Below, piece by piece: positions 47,963 to 56,898 of a stretch of 64,000 bases of DNA. The notes under the pieces were generated by a model, which worked only from the letters and a program-made list of their open reading frames with translations, had not been told where the DNA came from and did no database searches. Source of the stretch: a virus; the IMG/VR virus record IMGVR_UViG_3300043399_000587, positions 1-64,000 of that record. One strand, written 5' to 3'. The position numbers and the translations under genes were made by a program. The stretch's first letter is position 1, and each line of letters opens with the position of its first letter.

Positions 47963-50902
47963 ATGGATTTCAAATCAATGTTACAACAGTTGAGCCAGTT
48001 AAGTGAGGCTACTAAAGAAACTGAAAAAGGTCGCATACACAAAGCTGATCCAGGTGGGTACGGTCGTAAGTTTGACACTGATGAAGAAGGTGATGAAAAT
48101 AAAGACGACAAGAAAAAAGAACCAGCAGTAAAGCGTGGGCGCGGTCGTCCTAAAAAGGGTGCTGATAGCGAAACTGGTCAAGTTGCAAAATATGATAATG
48201 CAAAGGCATTGCAAAGTTTTATGGTTGGTAATTTACCTAAAGGTAAATTGCCGGGTAAGCCAGGTAAAAAACACACGTTAAAGGACTGGGTCGAACAAAT
48301 AGAAGCAGAGTATGTTGCTGAAGCAGCTCCTGGACAGCAATTAACAGTTAAGCCAATGCCAGGAGCTGCTCAACTAGTAGATCCTTCAACACAAAGAGTT
48401 ATGGCAACAGGTGATGCGGCAGCCGTTAAGAATATACAAGGTGCAGTAGCACAGGGTAAAGTTCAAATGCGAGGCCCCGGTCCACAAGAAATGGCTGAAG
48501 AAGGTGATTATTCTGCTAAAAAAGCAAGAGCAGGAAAAGATATCGGTAAGCCAGGTAAGCAATTCAGTAAGATCGCTAAAAGCGCAGGTGAACGTTATGG
48601 TTCAAAGGCAGCAGGCGAACGTGTTGCAGGCGCTGTTCTTAAAAATCTAAGAAAAGCGGATGAAGGCGTTTCAGAAGCCTCAAAGAAGATTCCGGCAAGC
48701 AACAAACCAGTTAAGCCAGAAGATTTATATGTTTCACTAAAAGATATTCCAGCCAAAAAGCCGCGTGGACATACCCAATATGATCCCGCTAAAGAGTTTC
48801 CTGGGGTAAAAGCATTTAAAAAGCAAGGTGTGGCTGAAGGCTATTCACTGAAGAAAACTAATGTTGAAAAAACATTTCATCCAGGTGACCCAGAGGATTA
48901 CGGCAGTGTTGATATGACACGAAAAGATACGGATTACGAAATTATCAACAACAAAACAGGTCAAGTAGTAGGTACTGCGAGTTGGACTACTAATGATTAT
49001 TTTGGTCCAGGCGCACTAAAGATTACTATGAAGAATGGTGCCACACGCTGGATAGATATTTGGGAGCGTGAAAAAGGCAACCCACAAAGTGCTTTCAATC
49101 GCTTTGTGAAAGACCCAAAAACAGCCAAAAAATATAAAGAGCAAGGTGTGGCGGAAGCATCAAATGGTTTATATCAAAAAGCCATTCGCAAGTATGCCCA
49201 ACAAGTAGCAAATGATTATCTAGGCGGCGGAGACGAACATCTTTATGGTGCCAACAAGTTTGATGCTGAAATGTTTGGTGTAAGCCGAGAACAAGCAAAT
49301 AAAGACTTTAAGACATTGTTTAACATAATTGTACGTGCTCAAGCAGTAAAACAACGACAAGGTATGAAAGAGTCAGACACGGCAGAAAAAAAGAAAAATC
49401 CATGGAATGAAGGATATTGGGCAGGACATAGACAGGAAGATAGAGATTGCCCATATCCACCTGAGTCATCTGCCGCAGAATTCTGGGAACTTGGTTATTA
49501 TCAAGGCAACAAAGACAGAAAAGATGAGATGACAGGTCGTGTGATAGAAGCTGATATTCCATCTGATCAAATGGACATGGGTGCAGGCCTAGGTGCTGGA
49601 CGTAGTTCTAAAACTTTCGAAAGTACAAAAGCAAAACCAGATTTCTTAGATTTAGATAAAGATAAGAATAGAAAAGAGTCTATGAAAGATGCTGCTGCTC
49701 ACGCAAAACAAGGAAAGAAAAAGAAAATGAATGAAAGTTCACATAGACATTCTGCTGCTAGACTTATGGGCAAATCACATGCACTAGCAAAAGAAGGATA
49801 TAATTGCCGTTATGAAGATATGGATGAGGCAAGAGAATATCATGAAGGTTTCAAAGAAGGTTTGGACGAATGCTATGGACAAGGTGTGTATGAAATGGCA
49901 CCTTCGACCCCACCCATGACTATGGGCGGAATGGCAAATCAAGCTATGCCTGCAATGGAAGATGACATGGAAGAAGGTAATGCATTTACTGCTGCACTTG
50001 CAAGAACACCACGTGGCGGTGAGTTCAGTGTAGGCGGTAGATCATTTACTGATAGATCAGGATATGATGCAAAATTAGATGAATTAGCATTTGAAAGTTT
50101 AGATAACCAATTGAATGCATTATTAAATGAAGATGCTGTAGCAGAAGGCATGACTGTTTCTATAAGTAAAGGTCAACAAGGAATGCCTGATAGTGTTACA
50201 GTGTCAGCACAAGATAATGAAGCAGATGCATTGTTAGGTTTAATTAAACAAGCTGGTTTGGGTTTGTTCGGGGACGACCAACCCAATGGATATGAAGCTT
50301 CAGACGGGGATCAAGTTACATCTCATGGAGACATAAAAGTTGTAGGTGATCATGATGGTATGATGTCTTTGATTAAGAAAGTATCAGGTGGATCACAAGG
50401 TGATAGTGAAGACTATGCTGATGAAGAAGGTCACGAAGGTCATGATCACGCAGAAGATGAAGTATGCGATGACTGTGGTTCCGCAGACTGCCAATGTGAT
50501 GAAAAGGTAGATGAGGTTGAATCTTACGATCAAGAAGAAGAACAAGTAGCTGAAAATAATCCACCGGACAGTGACGCAGCCGAAACTACTGCAGATGAAA
50601 ATGCTGAAGCAGAAGAAGATATGGCTCTTGCCGCTACCAATGAAGGTGGTGATGGAAGTGAAGCCAGTGAAGAGGGCGAAGAACAAGTAACTGAATGGGC
50701 AAATGATGCAGGGAAAAGAGCAGAAGACTTTGATGATGAATCATTTAACACTGATATAGATTTTATTACAAAGGTAATTTCTGGTGGTTTAAACAAGCCA
50801 AAATCAACTGGTCAAACGACAGTACCCGTGGTTGCTAGTCAACATGATAGAATGGTAACACACGAATCTATTGCTGATTGGAAAAAATTAGCAGGATTGT
50901 GA
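47963..50902 (+). CDS. Large modular probable internal head polyprotein
   Basis: AT-hook KRGRGRPKK, QGVAE repeats, many hydrophobic-x-E motifs, acidic C-terminal half, ends WKKLAGL. Confidence 0.65.
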   Translation: MDFKSMLQQLSQLSEATKETEKGRIHKADPGGYGRKFDTDEEGDENKDDKKKEPAVKRGRGRPKKGADSETGQVAKYDNAKALQSFMVGNLPKGKLPGKPGKKHTLKDWVEQIEAEYVAEAAPGQQLTVKPMPGAAQLVDPSTQRVMATGDAAAVKNIQGAVAQGKVQMRGPGPQEMAEEGDYSAKKARAGKDIGKPGKQFSKIAKSAGERYGSKAAGERVAGAVLKNLRKADEGVSEASKKIPASNKPVKPEDLYVSLKDIPAKKPRGHTQYDPAKEFPGVKAFKKQGVAEGYSLKKTNVEKTFHPGDPEDYGSVDMTRKDTDYEIINNKTGQVVGTASWTTNDYFGPGALKITMKNGATRWIDIWEREKGNPQSAFNRFVKDPKTAKKYKEQGVAEASNGLYQKAIRKYAQQVANDYLGGGDEHLYGANKFDAEMFGVSREQANKDFKTLFNIIVRAQAVKQRQGMKESDTAEKKKNPWNEGYWAGHRQEDRDCPYPPESSAAEFWELGYYQGNKDRKDEMTGRVIEADIPSDQMDMGAGLGAGRSSKTFESTKAKPDFLDLDKDKNRKESMKDAAAHAKQGKKKKMNESSHRHSAARLMGKSHALAKEGYNCRYEDMDEAREYHEGFKEGLDECYGQGVYEMAPSTPPMTMGGMANQAMPAMEDDMEEGNAFTAALARTPRGGEFSVGGRSFTDRSGYDAKLDELAFESLDNQLNALLNEDAVAEGMTVSISKGQQGMPDSVTVSAQDNEADALLGLIKQAGLGLFGDDQPNGYEASDGDQVTSHGDIKVVGDHDGMMSLIKKVSGGSQGDSEDYADEEGHEGHDHAEDEVCDDCGSADCQCDEKVDEVESYDQEEEQVAENNPPDSDAAETTADENAEAEEDMALAATNEGGDGSEASEEGEEQVTEWANDAGKRAEDFDDESFNTDIDFITKVISGGLNKPKSTGQTTVPVVASQHDRMVTHESIADWKKLAGL
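48818..48840 (+). repeat. GVAEG repeat copy 4 (AAAAAGCAAGGTGTGGCTGAAGG)
   Basis: Read directly. Confidence 0.9.
49136..49157 (+). repeat. GVAEG repeat copy 5 (AAAGAGCAAGGTGTGGCGGAAG)
   Basis: 22/22 identical to copy 1, 49 kb away. Confidence 0.95.
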
Positions 50903-50918
50903 TATTCTAATATCATTT

Positions 50919-50947
50919 TAGCCCGACTATAGTCGGGCTATTTTTTT
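50919..50947 (+). terminator. Rho-independent terminator
   Basis: TAGCCCGAC-TATA-GTCGGGCTA followed by a T run. Confidence 0.85.
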
Positions 50948-50999
50948 GGCTATATCGTTTACGTTAAAACGATAAATACTTAATAAGGTGACATAAAAC

Positions 51000-53723
51000 A
51001 TGGCGCAACAAAATATAGACTTCGGTACCTTTCCTGATGATCCAGATGCAGATGCGATACGAACGGCATTTCAGAAAGTACAACAAAACTTTACAGAAAT
51101 TTATAATGGTTTCGCCGGGGGATCCGTCGTATCTGTTAACAGGACTCCGGGCGCAGGCATAACGGTAAGTTCACCAACCGGTAACGTTATCATTACAGCA
51201 AATATAGCTTGTGTTCAAGTGCACACAAGTACGTTAAGTATTGGCCGTGATTCTAATGGATCACAAGATACATCTATTACTTCTAGCTCACAAACACTTT
51301 GGATAGATTTACCAGCTACAATTGCAAACGTCACAAATATTAATATAACCGGACAATTAGCCGCATCCGGTATTTCAGGGTACACCGGTGTATTAGGTAA
51401 TTTAACAGTTTCAGGTACTATTAATACAGGTAATCTAAGCGCCACAAGTAATATTAGTGGCGGTAGTGGAGTATTTGGTAATTTAACAATAACAGGTAAT
51501 GTAACATCATCTGGTAATCTTGTTGTAACAGGTGTTGCAAACTTAATCAACGCCAGCAACGTTTCATTAGGTGCTGTAGGTAACGTGCGTATTACTGGTG
51601 GTTCTGCCAATCAATTCTTAAAAACAAATGGTGCAGGTACTTTAGTTTGGGATGATCCAGGAAACTTTTCGGGATTTAGCGGATATAGTGGTTGGAGTGG
51701 TATATCGGGATTCACCGGCGTAAGTGGATTTAGTGGAACATCAGGAGTAAGTGGTTGGAGTGGTGCAAGTGGTAGGTCAGGATGGAGTGGCACTAGTGGT
51801 TGGAGTGGTACTTCAGGTATATCCGGATGGAGTGGTGTTACTGGTGTAAGTGGATTCAGCGGTACAACAGGTATATCAGGTACTACTGGTGTAAGTGGTT
51901 TTAGTGGCATAAGCGGATGGAGTGGTGTTACTGGTGTAAGTGGCTTTAGTGGCACAACTGGTGTTTCTGGAACTACCGGTGTAAGTGGCTTTAGTGGCAT
52001 AAGCGGATGGAGTGGTGTTACTGGTAGATCAGGATGGAGCGGTACTTCAGGATTCACCGGTGTAAGTGGATTTAGTGGCACTTCAGGATGGTCAGGTACC
52101 ACTGGTGTAAGTGGTTTAAGCGGCACATCGGGTATTAGTGGTTGGAGTGGTGTATCAGGTATCAGTGGAACTTCCGGTACCACAGGGGTGAGTGGATTTA
52201 GTGGTATATCAGGTACAAGTGGTATATCAGGTACATCTGGATTCACCGGGGTATCAGGTTGGAGCGGTATATCAGGTATATCAGGTACTACTGGAGTATC
52301 CGGAACTTCTGGCTGGAGCGGTATAAGTGGACAATCAGGCACATCAGGATGGTCAGGTGCTACAGGTATATCAGGATGGAGTGGTACAACTGGTATAAGT
52401 GGTACTACAGGTGTAAGTGGTAGATCAGGATGGAGTGGCTTTAGTGGCTTTAGTGGTATTAGCGGATTCAGTGGTATTAGCGGATTTAGTGGTATATCAG
52501 GAACAACAGGTATTAGTGGATTTAGTGGTACTAGTGGCCGTTCAGGATATTCAGGTCAGTCAGTATTACTTTCGGGCTCTGTTGCTAATTCAACCTTATT
52601 ACCAACAGGTACTCCGTCAGGTACGTTATATCTCGTATTAAATGCAGGTGGTGGATATAATGCAGGAGACGGAGCTATCTCAGATGGTGCAAATAACTGG
52701 ACTAACGTAGGACCTATTCAAGGGCCATCTGGATTTAGCGGAGCCTCAGGAAGTTCAGGTGTAAGCGGATGGTCGGGTACTAGTGGAACATCAGGTACTA
52801 CAGGCGTAAGTGGATTCAGTGGTACTTCAGGCACAACCGGTGTAAGTGGATTTAGTGGTAGATCAGGATTTAGCGGTTCAGGAGTAAGTGGTTGGAGTGG
52901 CTTTAGTGGTTGGAGTGGCAGTGGTATAAGTGGATTTAGTGGCACTTCAGGATGGTCAGGTACTACAGGCGTAAGTGGATTTAGTGGCACTTTAGGCACA
53001 ACCGGTGTAAGTGGATTTAGTGGTACTTCAGGTACTACTGGTGTAAGTGGCTTTAGTGGCACAACTGGTGTTTCTGGAACTACTGGTGTAAGTGGATTTA
53101 GTGGCACAACTGGTGTTTCTGGAACTACTGGTGTAAGTGGATTTAGTGGTTCAAGTGGTACTACAGGTGTAAGCGGATTTAGTGGTAGATCAGGATTTAG
53201 CGGTTCAGGAGTAAGTGGTTGGAGTGGCTTTAGTGGTTGGAGTGGCTGGTCTGGAACTAGTGGTGCTTCAGGAGCAAGCCCAACTAGTATAAGTAACGGT
53301 ACAAGTAATGTATCAGTCGCACTGAATAGTATTGTTACCGTTGGTATTAGTGGCATCGCTAATGTAACTTCATTTGGACCTAGTGGTTTAACGATTAACG
53401 AATATGTCATGTACTCTGTACAAACAGGTATATCAGCAGCAGGCACAACACAAGGCACAGCCACACCATTAGGAAACATAATGAATATTGTTAATACTGT
53501 ATCCTCAGGAGCCAATGGAGTTGTGTTGCCAGCAGCTTCAGCAGGTATGATACTATATATTACGAACTCTAGTGCCAACACATTAAATGTATTCCCTGCT
53601 AGCGGCGCAGCAATTAATTCTGGAGCAACTAATTCTGCCCTATCACAGGGTCCCGGCGCAACTCTACAATTTATAGCACCAACTACAACACAATGGTACT
53701 CAGTTGGTGCTACATATGCATAA
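51000..53723 (+). CDS. Fibre protein with a gp9/gp10-like N-terminus and long Gly-X-Ser/Thr collagen-like repeats
   Basis: QNIDFG..PDD..AD.IR.AF.K...NF.EIY; long runs of SG-x triplets. Confidence 0.75.
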   Translation: MAQQNIDFGTFPDDPDADAIRTAFQKVQQNFTEIYNGFAGGSVVSVNRTPGAGITVSSPTGNVIITANIACVQVHTSTLSIGRDSNGSQDTSITSSSQTLWIDLPATIANVTNINITGQLAASGISGYTGVLGNLTVSGTINTGNLSATSNISGGSGVFGNLTITGNVTSSGNLVVTGVANLINASNVSLGAVGNVRITGGSANQFLKTNGAGTLVWDDPGNFSGFSGYSGWSGISGFTGVSGFSGTSGVSGWSGASGRSGWSGTSGWSGTSGISGWSGVTGVSGFSGTTGISGTTGVSGFSGISGWSGVTGVSGFSGTTGVSGTTGVSGFSGISGWSGVTGRSGWSGTSGFTGVSGFSGTSGWSGTTGVSGLSGTSGISGWSGVSGISGTSGTTGVSGFSGISGTSGISGTSGFTGVSGWSGISGISGTTGVSGTSGWSGISGQSGTSGWSGATGISGWSGTTGISGTTGVSGRSGWSGFSGFSGISGFSGISGFSGISGTTGISGFSGTSGRSGYSGQSVLLSGSVANSTLLPTGTPSGTLYLVLNAGGGYNAGDGAISDGANNWTNVGPIQGPSGFSGASGSSGVSGWSGTSGTSGTTGVSGFSGTSGTTGVSGFSGRSGFSGSGVSGWSGFSGWSGSGISGFSGTSGWSGTTGVSGFSGTLGTTGVSGFSGTSGTTGVSGFSGTTGVSGTTGVSGFSGTTGVSGTTGVSGFSGSSGTTGVSGFSGRSGFSGSGVSGWSGFSGWSGWSGTSGASGASPTSISNGTSNVSVALNSIVTVGISGIANVTSFGPSGLTINEYVMYSVQTGISAAGTTQGTATPLGNIMNIVNTVSSGANGVVLPAASAGMILYITNSSANTLNVFPASGAAINSGATNSALSQGPGATLQFIAPTTTQWYSVGATYA
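51660..53275 (+). repeat. Coding 9-bp-period tandem repeat (AGTGGN-NNN)n in two blocks
   Basis: Read directly; interrupted at about 52560-52720 by a non-repeat segment. Confidence 0.9.
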
Positions 53724-53735
53724 GAAAGGTGATAT

Positions 53736-54359
53736 ATGGTAACATTAGAATTATTACAAACAATATGCCCTAAAACTAAGAAAACAATCTTAGAAGGGTA
53801 TGTAGAACCATTAAACACAGTGGGACGATATTATGAAATGTTTGACAATCCTAAACGAATTGCAGGTTTTTTGGCACAAATAGCACATGAGTCAGGTGGT
53901 TTCAACGCAACTATCGAAAATTTAAATTACAGTGCTAAAGGACTAATGACGACATTTAGAAAATATTTCCCTACAGAAGAACTAGCAAAACAGTATGAGC
54001 GTAAACCGCAAATGATTGCTAATCGAGTATACGCAAACCGTATGAAAAACGGAGATGAAGCTAGCGGAGATGGGTGGAAGTTTCGTGGTCGAGGATTAAT
54101 ACAATTGACCGGGCGTGATAATTATACAAAATTTGCTGCCTCACTTGATATGGATATAGAAAGTACTATTGCATATTTAGAAACACCAAACGGTGCAGTT
54201 GCAAGTGCTGGCTGGTTTTGGGACAACAACAAGTTAAACCAATACTGTGATCGTGATGATTTTGTAACATTAACAAAAAGAATTAATGGTGGTACAATTG
54301 GATTGGCAGACAGACAACATCATTATCATTTAGCATTGAAACATTTGGGCATACATTAA
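53736..54359 (+). CDS. Glycoside hydrolase family 19 lysin (endolysin or baseplate lysozyme)
   Basis: FLAQIAHESGGF, ENLNYS, FRGRGLIQLTGRDNY, TKRINGG..GL.DR. Confidence 0.92.
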   Translation: MVTLELLQTICPKTKKTILEGYVEPLNTVGRYYEMFDNPKRIAGFLAQIAHESGGFNATIENLNYSAKGLMTTFRKYFPTEELAKQYERKPQMIANRVYANRMKNGDEASGDGWKFRGRGLIQLTGRDNYTKFAASLDMDIESTIAYLETPNGAVASAGWFWDNNKLNQYCDRDDFVTLTKRINGGTIGLADRQHHYHLALKHLGIH

Positions 54360-54360
54360 C

Positions 54361-56874
54361 ATGGCGCAACCTATATGGAATACCCCTGCAGGTTCTATAG
54401 GCACCTTTCCATCAGAAGTGCCTGTGTTGTTTGCTTTATCTGCTACAGCAGTTTTACCGGCCGTATCACTAACATATGCTATTATTAGTGGTAATCTACC
54501 AGCCGGTTTACTAATGAATGAAAATGGTATTATAAATGGAACTCCTTTGTTAGTAACTGGGGAAACCAATTCAACGTTTGTGGTTCGTATTACTGATAAT
54601 TATGGTAACATACGGGATAGAACATTTAGTATGACTGTAACAGGGTATGCAATCCCTTCATTTACTACATCTCCGGGAACTATATTAAGTACAAACGATA
54701 GTGTTTGGGTGAGTACACAAATAGCATATGACAATCCTAGTCCTAATAATCCCGTTACTATAACAGTATTAGAAGGATCATTACCTCCTGGATTAGAAAT
54801 AAATGAAAATGGATTAATCAGAGGATATGCTGACCCACCTACAGTAACTGTAACAGTTCCTGCAGTATCTACTGCAGCTACTGTCACAGAAACAACCAAT
54901 ATTATAACTTGCTTAAGCACTACCGGGTTTACGGTAGGTCGTCCTGTTACATTTAGCGGTACTGTTATGTTTGGTGGATTAGAAGAAAATGTAACATATT
55001 ACATAAAATCTGTAATTAACAGCACTAGTTTTACGATAAGTTCTACCCCCAATGGTTCTACATTTATATTAAGCAGTGGTACTGGATTTATGACTATTAA
55101 TTTACCCGCAATTTCTACGGGTCAACCAACAATAAGAACGTATAATTTCACACTACAACTCAATAGCCCATTAGGAGGAGGAATCGGCACATATTCAATA
55201 ACCGTAATAAATCAAAATACTCCCGCAAGTCAAGGTGGACCTGGTTTTCCAGCAAATACTAGGGTACCCGCAATATTGAATACACGTCCTGAAACTTTTA
55301 CTATTAACAACGATAATTCATATTATGGATATTATGTGCTACCACCTAATGATAGTAATTATAACACATATCCACCATCAATTCCAGCATTCATAGGAAC
55401 AATTCAAAGTGATAATTATTTTGCTTTTAAAATAATAGGTAAAGATTTTGACAATAACGGACTAACATATCAATATGCCGGACTGCCATTAGGTTTAACA
55501 GGTGATCCTTCGACAGGTTGGATAACTGGGACACCTTTTATATCTACTGAAGGTATAAATCAATATTCGTTCAGTGCATCAGTGTATAAAACTGCTAACC
55601 CATCTATAGCATCTCCGTTTATCAATTTTTCATTTAATTTGGCTAATACCATTACAGGCTTAATCACTTGGGTTACCCCTAACAATTTAGGTACACTTTT
55701 CAACGGTACTATAAGTACTAAAAGCGTTTTAGCCACATCTGATGTTTCACTACGTTATAGGGTAACTAGTGGTTTATTACCTCCCAATTTAACATTGTTA
55801 GATAGTGGTGAAATAACAGGATATGTTGCCAATCAACCCACATCAGAGCTTTTACCGCTGAATGCAGAAACAACCTTCAAATTTACAATTCAAGCGTACT
55901 CTCCTGAGTATCCCATTATTGTTTCAGAAAAAGAATTTACACTTACTATAATTCAAGCCTATACACAACCAACTGACATTTTGTATATCAAAGCAACTCC
56001 TAGTATTGCTGATAGAGAAATTATTAATACTTTGTTAAATAACGAAACATTAATACCTTATAATTATCTATATAGACCAAACGATGTTTATTTCGGTAAA
56101 GCAACCGAAGTAATTTACGAACACGCATTTGGAATATATGCAAGTGATATTGATGAATATATCGCAGCAGTGACAAAAAATCATTACTGGAGAAATATTA
56201 CTTTAGGTGAGTTAAAAACAGCACAAGCAAGAGATGAAAATGGTCAAATTATCTATGAAGTTGTTTACAGTCAAGTAATTGACAATTTACAGAATCCCCA
56301 AGGAGTCAGTGTAGCTCAAGAAATCACTTGGCCAAGACCGATTAATTTGTTTTTAGGTCCATGGTATACGAGTGTAACCAATATCTATACAAGTTATGAA
56401 GACATATTAGGACAAGAATATTATACTAGTTTATCTTCTGGCTTTGTAAGACAACTATATCCTAACAGTCTATTCAATATGCGTAAAAGAGTAGGTCAAG
56501 TATTGGGGCAAGAGTTTGATAGTACACTATTACCAAAATGGATGACTAGCCAACAAGAAAACGGTAGTACCTTAGGATATACTCAGGCTTGGGTAATTTG
56601 TTATACTAAACCAGGATATGCGGAAATTATTAAAAACAACATAAACACATTATGGTTAAAACCAGAAGGTACACCGTATACACTCAATCAAATTAACTTT
56701 AAGATTGATAGGTTTTCAGTTAACAAGAGTATTACATATAACTATGATAAAAATACAAGTCCTCCTGCTTGGACAGGGTTACCTAGTGCTACACCCGTGC
56801 CAAATCCGTTAGATAGTAAAAATTTCTATGTACTGTTTCCTAGAAAAACTATTTTGCCCAATGAAACAGAATAA
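54361..56874 (+). CDS. Baseplate/virion protein with putative Ig (He_PIG-like) repeats
   Basis: Repeated G.LP.GL.L...G.I.G.P motifs. Confidence 0.7.
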   Translation: MAQPIWNTPAGSIGTFPSEVPVLFALSATAVLPAVSLTYAIISGNLPAGLLMNENGIINGTPLLVTGETNSTFVVRITDNYGNIRDRTFSMTVTGYAIPSFTTSPGTILSTNDSVWVSTQIAYDNPSPNNPVTITVLEGSLPPGLEINENGLIRGYADPPTVTVTVPAVSTAATVTETTNIITCLSTTGFTVGRPVTFSGTVMFGGLEENVTYYIKSVINSTSFTISSTPNGSTFILSSGTGFMTINLPAISTGQPTIRTYNFTLQLNSPLGGGIGTYSITVINQNTPASQGGPGFPANTRVPAILNTRPETFTINNDNSYYGYYVLPPNDSNYNTYPPSIPAFIGTIQSDNYFAFKIIGKDFDNNGLTYQYAGLPLGLTGDPSTGWITGTPFISTEGINQYSFSASVYKTANPSIASPFINFSFNLANTITGLITWVTPNNLGTLFNGTISTKSVLATSDVSLRYRVTSGLLPPNLTLLDSGEITGYVANQPTSELLPLNAETTFKFTIQAYSPEYPIIVSEKEFTLTIIQAYTQPTDILYIKATPSIADREIINTLLNNETLIPYNYLYRPNDVYFGKATEVIYEHAFGIYASDIDEYIAAVTKNHYWRNITLGELKTAQARDENGQIIYEVVYSQVIDNLQNPQGVSVAQEITWPRPINLFLGPWYTSVTNIYTSYEDILGQEYYTSLSSGFVRQLYPNSLFNMRKRVGQVLGQEFDSTLLPKWMTSQQENGSTLGYTQAWVICYTKPGYAEIIKNNINTLWLKPEGTPYTLNQINFKIDRFSVNKSITYNYDKNTSPPAWTGLPSATPVPNPLDSKNFYVLFPRKTILPNETE

Positions 56875-56898
56875 TAAATACTATATGGAAATTAATTT

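Noticed and set aside
51611-53818. Long Pro-rich minus-strand ORFs (243 and 366 aa)
   Set aside because: They are antisense shadows of the Gly-X-Ser repeat, with no RBS or promoter support.
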